64,000 nucleotides of DNA from the NCBI GenBank assembly GCA_040217195.1, contig JAVJNR010000001.1:102690-166689 (forward strand), written 5' to 3'. Below, piece after piece: positions 18,497 through 28,813 of the stretch. The position numbers were made by a program, and so were the translations under genes. Source of the DNA: Leptospiraceae bacterium (lineage in GTDB: Bacteria > Spirochaetota > Leptospiria > Leptospirales > Leptonemataceae). The notes beneath the pieces are model-generated. The model was not told the origin of the DNA. It made no database searches and saw only the letters and a program-made list of their open reading frames with translations. Positions within the stretch are counted from its first letter, which is position 1; every line of letters begins with the position of its first letter.

Positions 18497-20488
18497 TTGA
18501 ACATACTTGAACAAATCCTTTCCGTAATATCCGGTGCCCTGGATGGGGCCATCAATGCAATGCGAGATCCCGGCCGACGTGGCTCGGATCGAATAGTTAC
18601 TGTGGGTCGCCGTCGACTGGATCAATTCAAGTATGCTTTGATCCAATTAAGGCCCACAGAAGAGGTTTGCGAGGAGCTGGTGGATTTCCTGGTAGATTAT
18701 CTACAGTCGGATCATATTGGAATCTACCTCTGGGATGAAAGCGAAGGAACCTTTTCGCTTCAAAAGGAAATGCCTGGAGTTCGCCATGGCTGGAGAGTGT
18801 TTGAGCCATTCTTGATGCACATGGCAGATCACGATGCAATTATTCAGAGGGATCAGCCTGTGCCTGGATTGCTGCCCGAGGTGGCAGCCCAGAGAGATAG
18901 TTTCTTCAAAGAGACCAATTCTGAGGTTATCTTACCACTGGTATTGAATGAATCTTTGCTTGGTATCTTATTTATTGGCCCGCCTGGAACTATAGATTGG
19001 ACTGCGGCTCGACTGAATGCTCTAAGCGAAGTACGATCCCTGGTAACCATGGCTTTGAGCAATTCCATCCTTTATGCCCGCTTACAGGGAATCCTGGAGC
19101 ACCTGGAAGAAAAGGTTAAGGAGAGGACCAGAAAACTGGAGGAAACCCAGGCTCATCTGGTTCAGTCAGAAAAGATGGCCATGCTCGGTGTAATGATTGC
19201 CGGAATTGCGCATGAGATCAACACCCCTGCAGGAGTGATATTCGGCGGCTCCATGAATCTACAGCAAAACCTGGACGGAGTTCTGGATCATATTCCTGCG
19301 CTGCTGGCAATCCTGGGCGAAGAGAGATTGCGAGAGCTATTACATTTATCTCTGGAGCAGTCCAGACAGAAGATTCATGTATCCGGTGCATTCAAGAAAA
19401 AGAAAGAACTTCAAAAAGAACTGGAGAATCGTTGGCCAGGAGTGGATCTGCAAAAGCTTGTTGGGCATCTGGTAGAAACCGGCTTCTATAAAGGTTCCGA
19501 GGATCTGCAGTCGGCGGGAATCGGGAAAATCCTATCTGCTTATGAACTGGTTCGCTCGGCAGAGAAAAATGCAATCCAGCCTGAAGCCAATGCGGACTTT
19601 CCTCCAGACGAACTAAGTGGCAGCGGGAATGTATCCCGGAATCTAGAAGACTCCGGGCCGACGGATGCGAAGGAATCCGAAACAGGAGGCATTCGCAGTC
19701 AGACCAGCATTGAACGCAGATCTCCCCGGGAACAGTTGCTGGAATTCTTGAAATTAATCTCTTCTACCGGAAAAAACCTCAGCAACATCCATGGCTCCAT
19801 TGAAAGCATTGTTCGTATTGTTCGAGCTCTAAAGAGCTATTCCCATCCAGGACAGAAAACCTTCGGAGCGGCTCCTGTGGAGGAAGGCTTGAGCAATACA
19901 TTGATTATACTGTCTTCGGTCTGGAAGGGCCAACTCCAGGTAAATCGAAACCTGGGCGAAACACCGGAGATCGAATGCGATGCAGATGAGCTAAACCAGG
20001 TATGGACAAATCTATTCACCAATTCCTGGCAGGCTTTGCAGGGGCAGTCGGATGCTCAAATAACTGTGAGCACTCGCTTTTTGAAAGATGCCAGCTCAGA
20101 ACTAATAGAAGAACATAGAAGCGGAAATGGAGTGGTGGCTGCTCTGGTGGGTAAGGTAAAAGGGCCGGCGGTTTGTGTAACCATAGAGGACAATGGTCCT
20201 GGAATCCCGGCGGCTCACATTGAAAAAATCTGGGATCCATTCTTCACCACAAAAGATCAGGGAGAGGGTAGCGGTCTGGGGCTAAGTATTGTTCGTAGAA
20301 TTGTTGAGGAACATGGAGGATCCATCGGTGTGCGAAGTAGAACCACCGACAATACCGGCACGCGATTCACGGTGGCCCTTCCATTGCATCAAGGGGAGGA
20401 CATGGTTCGAAAAAAGGAGGCAAGAGGACGAGAGCTTTCGCAGATACGAAACGATAGTCGCAACTCCATGCCTTTTAAGTTTCGCTGA
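18497..20488 (+). CDS. GAF-domain sensor histidine kinase
   Basis: GAF-like N-terminus; QSEKMAMLG..AGIAHEINTP (intact His); NQVWTNLFTNS, DNGPGIP, PFFTTK, GSGLGL. Confidence 0.9.
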   Translation: MNILEQILSVISGALDGAINAMRDPGRRGSDRIVTVGRRRLDQFKYALIQLRPTEEVCEELVDFLVDYLQSDHIGIYLWDESEGTFSLQKEMPGVRHGWRVFEPFLMHMADHDAIIQRDQPVPGLLPEVAAQRDSFFKETNSEVILPLVLNESLLGILFIGPPGTIDWTAARLNALSEVRSLVTMALSNSILYARLQGILEHLEEKVKERTRKLEETQAHLVQSEKMAMLGVMIAGIAHEINTPAGVIFGGSMNLQQNLDGVLDHIPALLAILGEERLRELLHLSLEQSRQKIHVSGAFKKKKELQKELENRWPGVDLQKLVGHLVETGFYKGSEDLQSAGIGKILSAYELVRSAEKNAIQPEANADFPPDELSGSGNVSRNLEDSGPTDAKESETGGIRSQTSIERRSPREQLLEFLKLISSTGKNLSNIHGSIESIVRIVRALKSYSHPGQKTFGAAPVEEGLSNTLIILSSVWKGQLQVNRNLGETPEIECDADELNQVWTNLFTNSWQALQGQSDAQITVSTRFLKDASSELIEEHRSGNGVVAALVGKVKGPAVCVTIEDNGPGIPAAHIEKIWDPFFTTKDQGEGSGLGLSIVRRIVEEHGGSIGVRSRTTDNTGTRFTVALPLHQGEDMVRKKEARGRELSQIRNDSRNSMPFKFR

Positions 20489-20491
20489 AGT

Positions 20492-21988
20492 CTACTCGGC
20501 CCAGTCCTTCACTCGGCCGATGGCCTTGTTCCAGTAATGAATTTCTCTTTTGCGTCTTCCAGGTTCCATGGCAGGCTTGAAAACAGTTTTATCGCCCATC
20601 AGTTTAAGTAGATCCTTCGCATCCTTCCAGATTCCAGCATGAATCCCTGCCAGATAAGCAGATCCCAGAGCTGTGGTGTCAACATTGGCCGGTCTTTCCA
20701 CTGGCTTATTCAAGATATCTGCCTGGAACTGCATTAGATAGTTATTGGCTGTGGCTCCTCCATCCGCTCGGAGAAAAGGTAGATCCTGTCCGGTATCCTT
20801 TTCCATGGCGCTGACCAGGTCATAGGATTGGAAGGCTATAGACTTCAAGGCCGCTCGTGTAATTCGCGCCGGATCTGTATCCCTTGTAAGTCCAAAGATT
20901 GCGCCCCGAGCATTCATATCCCAGTGAGGTGCACCCAGGCCGCTAAAGGCTGGAACAAAAACTACATCGTCTTCTTCATCTTTAATATTCTCGATCAATC
21001 CTTCCGTATCCGGGGCCTGAGCAAAGAATCGAGCATAATCCCGGAGCCACTGCACAACTGCACCGGCGATAAAAACCGCTCCTTCCAGAGCATAGCATAC
21101 GCCTCCCTGTCCATCCACCGCAAGTGTGGTTAGAAGACCCTGTTGGCTGATCAGGAACTGATCTCCGGTGTTAAAAAGTAAGAAACAGCCGGTGCCGTAG
21201 GTGTTCTTCGCTTCTCCTGGATTAACGCATACCTGTCCAAAAAGGGCGGCTTGCTGGTCTCCAAGCATGGCGCAGACCGGAATTCCATCGGGCAGGGCCT
21301 GGATGCCTCGGGTTTTTCCAAAGTCTGCACGACTGGGATGCACTTCAGGCAGCATTTTTTTGGGAACTTCAATTAGACGGCACAGGTCATCGTCCCATTT
21401 TTTTTCTTCGATGTTATAGAGCAAAGTCCTGGAGGCGTTGGTATACTCGGTCTTGAATTCTCCGGTGAGTTTATAGAGTAACCAGCAATCGATGGTGCCT
21501 GCATATAATTCACCCTTTTCAGCCCTGGATCGGGCCCCGTTCACATTGTCCAGTATCCAGGCTATTTTGGTTCCGGAAAAATAGGCATCAATGACCAGTC
21601 CTGTTTTCTTTCGGATGGTGGTTTCGTATCCTTTGCCTTTTAATCCCTGACATACACTGGAGGTTCGTCTGCACTGCCAGACAATTGCATTATGGATGGG
21701 TTTTCCAGTGGAATGATCCCATACTACCACGGTTTCGCGCTGATTTGTAATCCCGATGGCCTGACAATCCTTGCCATTCAGTTTTCCTTTCTGGAGCGCC
21801 TCACCTATCAGGTCCTGCACGCCGGACCAGATTTCCTCGGCATCGTGCTCTACCCAGCCAGGTTTGGGGAAGTGCTGCGTGAATTCCTTGTAGGCACTGG
21901 AAATTACATTTCCCGAGGTATCGAAGCAGAACACTCGGGAGCCAGTAGTGCCCTGATCTATGGACATTATAAAATCACTCATGGGCAC
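20492..21988 (-). CDS. glpK: Glycerol kinase
   Basis: IDQGTTGSR, GITNQRET, WQCRRT, DAYFSGTK, GDQQAALFGQ, KNTYGTGCF, DGGATAN. Confidence 0.97.
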   Translation of the reverse strand: MPMSDFIMSIDQGTTGSRVFCFDTSGNVISSAYKEFTQHFPKPGWVEHDAEEIWSGVQDLIGEALQKGKLNGKDCQAIGITNQRETVVVWDHSTGKPIHNAIVWQCRRTSSVCQGLKGKGYETTIRKKTGLVIDAYFSGTKIAWILDNVNGARSRAEKGELYAGTIDCWLLYKLTGEFKTEYTNASRTLLYNIEEKKWDDDLCRLIEVPKKMLPEVHPSRADFGKTRGIQALPDGIPVCAMLGDQQAALFGQVCVNPGEAKNTYGTGCFLLFNTGDQFLISQQGLLTTLAVDGQGGVCYALEGAVFIAGAVVQWLRDYARFFAQAPDTEGLIENIKDEEDDVVFVPAFSGLGAPHWDMNARGAIFGLTRDTDPARITRAALKSIAFQSYDLVSAMEKDTGQDLPFLRADGGATANNYLMQFQADILNKPVERPANVDTTALGSAYLAGIHAGIWKDAKDLLKLMGDKTVFKPAMEPGRRKREIHYWNKAIGRVKDWAE

Positions 21989-22157
21989 AAAGATTCATCC
22001 AGGGCGGTCAGAATTGCAAGTAGAAACGAAGCTCAATAAGCAAGGCCGGCGGCCAGTGGAAAGGTTCTCGGATAAAGGACAATGGCACCTTTTGAGGATT
22101 TGCCGTGTAACGACCGCCCTGTAGCGACCCTTGAAGAAAATCCAGGCAATTCAATGA

Positions 22158-22469
22158 TTATCGATCTACTTCAGTGCAACTGGCCCTATCACAGATGGCT
22201 TCCAGCTTGTACTTCGCGATGCAGCCCGGTTCTACGGTTTGTCCCCCGGAATTTACGAAAGGCTGAACGGTATAGCAATCCACAACCCGGTAGCCTCCCT
22301 TTCGGTCAGGAAGTTTGTAAACGTAGGAGTACTTGATTTGTTGGTTATCCGCCGCTTCCCATTCAGCGGGTAAGGTATAATTTTCGGATTTGAACTGGGT
22401 GTATAGCATTGCACCGCCCACAACCACAAGGCTGCCAATGATTCCCATGATGGACATCTTGCTTTTCAT
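22158..22469 (-). CDS. Small exported or membrane-anchored hypothetical protein, 4 Cys
   Basis: 103 aa, N-terminal hydrophobic helix, GGAGA RBS. Confidence 0.6.
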   Translation of the reverse strand: MKSKMSIMGIIGSLVVVGGAMLYTQFKSENYTLPAEWEAADNQQIKYSYVYKLPDRKGGYRVVDCYTVQPFVNSGGQTVEPGCIAKYKLEAICDRASCTEVDR

Positions 22470-22547
22470 GTTTCATTCTCCCGGACACTGGTATTGGCTG
22501 CAAGGTCTGCCAGGTTTTCTCACCTGGCTGGGCCCTAACTGAAGCAG

Positions 22548-22570
22548 AAAAAAGGCGCCCGCAGGCGCCT
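22548..22570 (-). terminator. Intrinsic terminator
   Basis: Minus strand AGGCGCC-TGC-GGGCGCCT followed by a T-tract, about 55 nt after the 22627 stop. Confidence 0.75.
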
Positions 22571-22626
22571 AATTACGATTGTAAGATCAATTCAAATCTA
22601 CTGTATTTCGTAGTTGATCTGAATTC

Positions 22627-23208
22627 TTAGCTTTTGGCCAGCTTCTTGTAGATCTCAGCTGAGATTCCAAGGCTAACAGGAGTGAGCGCAATAAATCCTA
22701 TGAAGTAGAGGAAACCGCCCAGGTATTCGCTGATGGCCATTCCGATGCCAGCTATCAGGAAAATCCCGAACGGAGGCAGAGCTTTCGCAAAAAAGATGGT
22801 CCATTTGTTTCCATAGGTAAGTTCATTACTCTTTCGCAACGCAGCCAGTGGCTCCAGCTTTTGGTCCAAAACTAAAAGGACAGCGAGGCTCCAGGCAGTC
22901 AAGAGAACGTATCCGGGGAAAAATACCAGAAAGAAGGCTGGCATGACGCCCATGCTTATGAGTCCAACAGTAATAAAGAACTCTCCGAAGGACTTTCTGT
23001 ATTCAGGATTGAAGATTTCAGTCATGGATAAAGTTTCGTCGCTTGCCATTTTTGCTGGCAGATTCGCCATACCAATTGTGGTTCCTGCATTCAAATACGG
23101 AATCCAAGCAGTCAATGCCCAGAGAATGCCATTTACAATCAAGGCCGGGGCGTTTTTTAATCCTCGCTGGATACCGTTCTGGATGGTTTCCATTAAATCT
23201 AGTTTCAT
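22627..23208 (-). CDS. Integral membrane protein (DUF975-like)
   Basis: 193 aa, four hydrophobic segments, LAALRKSNELTYGNKWTIF motif; GGAGGA RBS. Confidence 0.7.
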   Translation of the reverse strand: MKLDLMETIQNGIQRGLKNAPALIVNGILWALTAWIPYLNAGTTIGMANLPAKMASDETLSMTEIFNPEYRKSFGEFFITVGLISMGVMPAFFLVFFPGYVLLTAWSLAVLLVLDQKLEPLAALRKSNELTYGNKWTIFFAKALPPFGIFLIAGIGMAISEYLGGFLYFIGFIALTPVSLGISAEIYKKLAKS

Positions 23209-23456
23209 GGGTTATTCCTCCAGCTGCCAGAGGGCAGCTAATATTGGCGAACCGATGGTTCGCACAGAGGCAGATTCCAGGGCAATGCCGGCCATCTGTC
23301 AATGGTTTTTAGTTTTCCGCGAGGGCAAAAGTTGGAAAGTCCGATTTTTCCAGTTTTTCTTAACCATGCGAAGGCGTTGACCGGCAGCATCGATAGAGCG
23401 TTACAAATCAAGCATACCAGTACCTGGTACGCTTTACAGGGCCAATGGATGATTCC

Positions 23457-24599
23457 TTACCCGGCTGTCTTCTTGCCCAGATTCAATATATACTGAATGG
23501 TAAACGTACCCACAATCAGGTTTATGAAAGGGATCACCATTAACAATTCAAGCACCCAGCTTGGATCGTTTCCGGTTTTCTTTTCCAGTCTGCGATAGTA
23601 ACGGGAGAAAATTACTGAGAGTGGAAGAAAGATTCCCAGAAAGGTGACTGAGATTATTGTAAATGGATCATCGCCCATGAGTTTTGCCGTTCGAGCCAGC
23701 CAGATAAACAGATACAGTCCCTGGGTGGAGCCGATTAGAACTACAAGAGCTATTAAATTAATGTCCAGTCGTCTTGCCTCATTGGCATTTACCCAGGAAC
23801 CCTGGCTATTTCCGGGTGCACTTTCTTCCAGAACAGAGCGAAAGCAATGCTTAAACTCGCTCACTTCATTTGTTACAAAAGTGAAATAGGAGGTAATGGT
23901 AAGATTTAATCGCATTAGCCGCAGATGTAGATCCACCAGAGTGAAAATATACTTTCCAGTAATTGCATTGTGAATCCAGATAATGAGCAGGATTAATCCC
24001 AGCCCCAGAAGAATTAGACCTCCCAGGACTCCCAGAACGATTCCGAAGTAGGGTATATGTCTGATGGCCAGTGCGAACAGTAGAAAAACAATACCTAGAG
24101 TTACAAGAATGGCCAGGCGTAATAGAATCCACCTAACCGGTATGTCTTCGGCAACCTTGAAACGAAGCCCCATAAGACCGGTTCCTGCATCGCTGGAGTA
24201 AAGATCTACATGCGGAACATTGGGAGTCAGTCCCAGAATAGATAGACCTATACGGGTGCGCATATTCAGGAATTTGATCATGAAATAGACCAGCTCTTCG
24301 TTGTTCTTTTGAAGAATCAAAATGTGCACCAGGTTGAGAAGAGCAAGAATGGAATAGGAAAAGCTGTAGAGGATTAGCATGAAAAGAGACGGTAGCAGAT
24401 AAATCCAGACCAGGTTGGCAAGAGATAGCAATAGGCCAGGATAGCGCAGGATGGCAGCAACAACGGATAGATCCTGAGCTTCCAGTACCTGTGCCAGTAG
24501 TACCAGCAGGGCTCCCAGAAGACCAATCAATCGGGCCAGATTGGTCCATCGTGCATTTTCACCGTCCGGTCTAACTTTGAATAATATGCTTTTTTCCAT
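23457..24599 (-). CDS. Polytopic membrane protein with two DUF4389-like repeats and a C-terminal DUF4234-like domain
   Basis: 380 aa; repeats ..HILILQKN..YFMIKFL..RIGLSILGLTPNVP and ..HNAITGKY..DLHLRLMR..SYFTFVTNEVSEF; C-terminal TQGLYLFIW..IQYILN; GAGGA RBS. Confidence 0.6.
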   Translation of the reverse strand: MEKSILFKVRPDGENARWTNLARLIGLLGALLVLLAQVLEAQDLSVVAAILRYPGLLLSLANLVWIYLLPSLFMLILYSFSYSILALLNLVHILILQKNNEELVYFMIKFLNMRTRIGLSILGLTPNVPHVDLYSSDAGTGLMGLRFKVAEDIPVRWILLRLAILVTLGIVFLLFALAIRHIPYFGIVLGVLGGLILLGLGLILLIIWIHNAITGKYIFTLVDLHLRLMRLNLTITSYFTFVTNEVSEFKHCFRSVLEESAPGNSQGSWVNANEARRLDINLIALVVLIGSTQGLYLFIWLARTAKLMGDDPFTIISVTFLGIFLPLSVIFSRYYRRLEKKTGNDPSWVLELLMVIPFINLIVGTFTIQYILNLGKKTAG

Positions 24600-24787
24600 T
24601 TTCTTCCTCTTACTCGGATGCGGTCCTAATTGAAACGTTCAGCCCTCAACAGAATCGAACCATAAGCTGTTTAGACGATAGTAGGCCCAAACACATTGCA
24701 TAGTGCTAAAGGAAGACTGAATAGCAGTCAATGATTAATCTGGCTGGATGATCCAGGGAACACCGGCAGCCCGGTGGAAACAATAGA

Positions 24788-24814
24788 GCCGCAAAGGAGG
24801 GTCCCCTTTGCGGC
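24788..24814. terminator. GC-rich hairpin just downstream of the DUF4234 gene (terminator or stability hairpin)
   Basis: GCCGCAAAGG-7nt-CCTTTGCGGC perfect 10-bp stem; no clear U-tract. Confidence 0.45.
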
Positions 24815-24825
24815 ATCATTAGAAA

Positions 24826-25167
24826 TCAAGCTGCGATCTTATTGATACGCTCTTGAATAATATAGAGTGCGGCAGGTGAGAAAAAGATCCCCAGAAGTAA
24901 AAGCAATGTGCCTTCATTTTCTAGAGTTTTTCCGTGTTTTTGTCCGGCCTTTTGTAGCCACTCGCCCATTTTGTAGTACCAGATCAGAGAGTAAATCCCG
25001 CAGGTAACAAAAGATAGAAGTATTACCATCCCCGGGTTTATGCCCTCTTCAGGCAGTTCCTGCGATAGAGCAGCTGAGACCTGGTAAATCCAGATCAGCC
25101 CATAGATCCCACAGGTTACAAAAGTTAATAGCAGAACCTTAATTGGGTCCTGTACGATTTCCTTCAT
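24826..25167 (-). CDS. DUF4234-family membrane protein
   Basis: Duplicated LL(T/S)FVTCGIY.LIW.Y motif, terminal IQERINK; GGAGG RBS. Confidence 0.85.
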   Translation of the reverse strand: MKEIVQDPIKVLLLTFVTCGIYGLIWIYQVSAALSQELPEEGINPGMVILLSFVTCGIYSLIWYYKMGEWLQKAGQKHGKTLENEGTLLLLLGIFFSPAALYIIQERINKIAA

Positions 25168-25251
25168 GCGCATTCCTCCAGCAGCAAATCTGGGCGGATT
25201 GTAAGGATTCCCTTTGCCTGGTCAAGCAGATCATTTTTTGGGAAACGATTT

Positions 25252-27600
25252 CTATGCATCCGGTTTCCTTAGATGGAGCAGGTATTTCTTCAGTACCGAT
25301 CTTAAAGAGTTTTGATCCATGGGCTTGGTAAGAAAGTCATTCATGCCTGCTTCCAGGGCACTCTGCTTTTCCTCTTCAAAGGCTGCCGCAGTAACAGCCA
25401 CTACAGGTGTATGAATATTGCGGCTTCGCATCCACCGGGCCACGGTTCTTCCATCGCCATCAGGCAAACCCAGATCCAGTAGCACCAGATCAAAAGTCTG
25501 CTCCTGCAGTTCCTTTATGGCACTGGCAACATCTGCAACGATTACAGGGCTCAGGCCTGCATTTTCAAGCATCCGGCTGGCTACATACTGATTCAAGGAA
25601 TTATCTTCCACTAAGAGTACAAGACCGTTCTGGAATTGCCAGACCTCAAAATCAAAATCGTCTACCCTGGAATCAGCCTCTTCGTAAGGATACCGGACTT
25701 GCACCATGGTACCGGTTGTTTTTTCTGGAACAGGGCTAAAGACCTGGATGGTACCGCCTGCCGCTTCTACCAGTCTCTTACAGCCGCTTAAGCCTATGCC
25801 CGCCGAACTCTGATCTTTAGGTGCATTTGCACCCCGGTAGAACATTTCAAATACATGGGAAAGGTCCTCTGCGGGAATTCCAGGTCCTGTGTCCGTCACC
25901 TCCAGGAAGAGATACTTCCCCTGATTTGAATGTAAGGAATGGGAACCCTTGAATTCTACCAGCACGGTACCGCTATTCGTGTACTTAACTGCATTGCTAA
26001 TTAGATTTACCAGCAGCTGCATGAGCGAAGATTCCGAGGTCTTAATGTTCAATGGAAGTTCCGGGGCAACGGAAGACCTTAGTTCAATGTTCTTTGAGGA
26101 TGCTTGGGTCTGAAACAGAGAGATGGATTTTCGCAAAGTCTCTTCCAGGGAAATGTCTCGTTTTGCAAGAGGTCCCATGAGCCCCATTTCAACTCGAGAA
26201 AGCTGCAGGGTTCGCTCCAGCAAGCCAGCCAGGGCCTCCGAGGAGTCTCTGAGTATCTGGGCCATTTCCCTTTGTTCTGCAGTCAGATCCGTTTCCAGCA
26301 TTAAGTCTGCAATACCCAGGATGGAATTCATGGGAGTGCGAATATCATGACTCAGACCAACGAAAAATTCTGTCTTGGATCGATTGGCAGCTTCTGCTTT
26401 GACCGATAAATCCTCCAGGCGCATCTCCATCTCCTTTCGGACGGAAATCTCCTGGCCAACCATCAGCAGGTTTTTTCGCGGGCGCTCGGTATCTTCATAA
26501 ATAACCCTGGCGATATTTACCAGTGCCCATTGCAATTTTCCGCCAACATTGGTTTGAAGTTCGATTTGAACGTCCGATTCTCCTTGCAGAGCTCGGTCCA
26601 TGGAATCCCGGAGTTGAAGATGATGCGATGCATCTACATATTCGAACAGTGAATGTCCCAGAACATTCTCAGGTACCAGTCCAATTCTGTGTTCGCGGCG
26701 ATTCAGATACTGTATAAGGCCGGCTTCATCACACTCCAGAACGGCGATGGGTGCCTGAGTCGCAATGGCCTGCAGGCGGCTTTGCTCATATTCCAGGGCT
26801 GAGCGTGCCTCTTGTAGATCCGTGATTTCAATTGCCGATCCCAGAATCTCTTTGACTCTACCATCATCGCTTCGACTAAACACAGTATCGTAGGTCTGAA
26901 ACCAGTGGTAGGTTCCGGACGTATCGCGCAGGCGATACCGAATGCTATATACCTCTCCATCGCTGGCATTGTTCCAGCGTCCGGCCCATTCCTGCAGCTG
27001 AGCCGCATCGTCCGGGTGTAAATTCTGCTCAAAATATTGCATGTCGATGGGGCCATTCCTTTCCCGGTTCCAGCCCAGAATCCTTTCAAACTGGCTGTTT
27101 AGATAGCGATTCTGGCCTCCCTGTAGATCAAAAAGGTACAGAATCACCGGACTGCTGGATGCTATCTGGCTCATCATCTGTCCCGTTTCTTTCAGATGAT
27201 TGATGTCAGACTGTTTTTGCGTAATGTCGGTGGAATGAAATTGAATGAGAGTAGTTTCATTTTTCCGTCCAGGGATCCTTAGAGCCATGGTTTGAAACGT
27301 TCTGTATTTACCGTCGCCACATCGCATGGTCTGCTCGTAGATTCGTTCTGTAGGTCCGGCTAGAGCCTGGTTTACCTGGCTTCGAACGGCTTCAGCAATT
27401 TCTGGCATAATCTCTTGAATGCTTCGGCCCAGGCATTGATTCACAGTTTTGCCCAGAATTCGTGCTGCTGCAGGATTAATGCTACGTATGACCAGTTGTG
27501 GATCATAGATTGTAATTGGACTGGGAGAATGATTGAAGCAATAGGCCAGCGTACGGGCCTGCATTGAATTTTGATCTTGATTTTCCTCATTCGCATCCAT
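25252..27600 (-). CDS. Multi-PAS hybrid sensor histidine kinase/response regulator
   Basis: Three PAS-like segments (LHPDD, YRLR..G.YHW); SHDIRTPMN; NLISNAVKYT; DTGPGI; REC VEDN..LLDLGLPDGDG..KP. Confidence 0.92.
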   Translation of the reverse strand: MDANEENQDQNSMQARTLAYCFNHSPSPITIYDPQLVIRSINPAAARILGKTVNQCLGRSIQEIMPEIAEAVRSQVNQALAGPTERIYEQTMRCGDGKYRTFQTMALRIPGRKNETTLIQFHSTDITQKQSDINHLKETGQMMSQIASSSPVILYLFDLQGGQNRYLNSQFERILGWNRERNGPIDMQYFEQNLHPDDAAQLQEWAGRWNNASDGEVYSIRYRLRDTSGTYHWFQTYDTVFSRSDDGRVKEILGSAIEITDLQEARSALEYEQSRLQAIATQAPIAVLECDEAGLIQYLNRREHRIGLVPENVLGHSLFEYVDASHHLQLRDSMDRALQGESDVQIELQTNVGGKLQWALVNIARVIYEDTERPRKNLLMVGQEISVRKEMEMRLEDLSVKAEAANRSKTEFFVGLSHDIRTPMNSILGIADLMLETDLTAEQREMAQILRDSSEALAGLLERTLQLSRVEMGLMGPLAKRDISLEETLRKSISLFQTQASSKNIELRSSVAPELPLNIKTSESSLMQLLVNLISNAVKYTNSGTVLVEFKGSHSLHSNQGKYLFLEVTDTGPGIPAEDLSHVFEMFYRGANAPKDQSSAGIGLSGCKRLVEAAGGTIQVFSPVPEKTTGTMVQVRYPYEEADSRVDDFDFEVWQFQNGLVLLVEDNSLNQYVASRMLENAGLSPVIVADVASAIKELQEQTFDLVLLDLGLPDGDGRTVARWMRSRNIHTPVVAVTAAAFEEEKQSALEAGMNDFLTKPMDQNSLRSVLKKYLLHLRKPDA

Positions 27601-27712
27601 GGGCAGTAATTCATTTGTTTTGCGGATGAAATGCTGTCCAGCATTCCCCGGTATGGTTTCAGGTATGCATTTAGCGTTGACCATGCACCAACAGAGCAGC
27701 TACTGGACAGTC

Positions 27713-28723
27713 ATGCAGCGAAAGAAGAAAGAAAAGGGTGGTGCTCTAAAGTATCTGGAGTATGTAAGCGTGCGCATTGTAGTTTTCTTTTTGATGCTCC
27801 TGCCTTTCCGTCTGCGCGTATGGTTCATGCAGAGACTGACTCTGCTCATGGGTGTGCTATCTTCCAATGTCAGGGATAGAGTGTATGGTAACATTGCTGC
27901 CAGCTTTCCTGACCGGAAGCCAGACGAAGTTAAGGCAATAGTGAAAGAAAACCTTCGAGTCCTGGCTCGAATGACCTGCGAGTTTTACCAGGAGCCCAGA
28001 ATGAATCGTCAATTCATCGATCGATGGATTGTTCAACAGCCAGATGCAGACAGGCACAGAGAGCTAACAAAAGATGGTGGTATCCTGGTCCTGGGCCATC
28101 TGGGTTCCTGGGAATGGAAAGGAGTGTCCATCACTCGAGTCACAGAAAAAGAGATTCATGTTTTTGCCAAGAGACAGAGCAATCCCTGGGCCAATGCCTG
28201 GATCGAAAGAATCCGTGGTTCGCAGAACATTAAACTGGTTTATACGGATGAAAGTCCAAGAGTTACATTTCGCCTATTGAAGCAAAAGGCCCTGGTTGCA
28301 TTTATCTCGGATCAGGATGCCGGAAAAGAAGGACCATTCTTTCCATTCCTGGGCAGACTGGCCTCCACCTTTCAGGGGCCTGCGCTCTTCGCACGAAAGA
28401 CAGAGGCACCTATTATCTTTTGTTATTCCTATCATGATCAGCACGGTCGTCTGCATTTTCAAATGGAACCATTTGAAAGACCTGACCTTGACCCTACCAC
28501 TGATCCCCGGGAATGGGAGCGACATTTTACCTACCAATGGGTGAAGAGGCTGGAAGAAAAGGTCATGGAGCATCCGGCGGACTATTACTGGCTTCATAAA
28601 AGGTGGAGATCGAGACCCGAAAATCCTGAAGAAGAAATTCGCTTCTGGACAGAATGGGAAACCAGGCATGGTTATCCGCTGAGCTTTCCGGAAGGTCGGG
28701 AGTATCTTAGAGAAAATAGCTGA
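27713..28723 (+). CDS. Lipid A late acyltransferase (LpxL/HtrB family)
   Basis: GHLGSWE, FISDQD, PFLGRLAST..GPA, HPADYYWLHKRW. Confidence 0.88.
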   Translation: MQRKKKEKGGALKYLEYVSVRIVVFFLMLLPFRLRVWFMQRLTLLMGVLSSNVRDRVYGNIAASFPDRKPDEVKAIVKENLRVLARMTCEFYQEPRMNRQFIDRWIVQQPDADRHRELTKDGGILVLGHLGSWEWKGVSITRVTEKEIHVFAKRQSNPWANAWIERIRGSQNIKLVYTDESPRVTFRLLKQKALVAFISDQDAGKEGPFFPFLGRLASTFQGPALFARKTEAPIIFCYSYHDQHGRLHFQMEPFERPDLDPTTDPREWERHFTYQWVKRLEEKVMEHPADYYWLHKRWRSRPENPEEEIRFWTEWETRHGYPLSFPEGREYLRENS

Positions 28724-28813
28724 TGCTTCCTTGCGAAAGTAGCCTGCGCGGCCCGGATCTTTTCTCCAGGCCGATGCAGAGCTTACTGTATCAATAGACC
28801 AGCGAAAGCAAAA

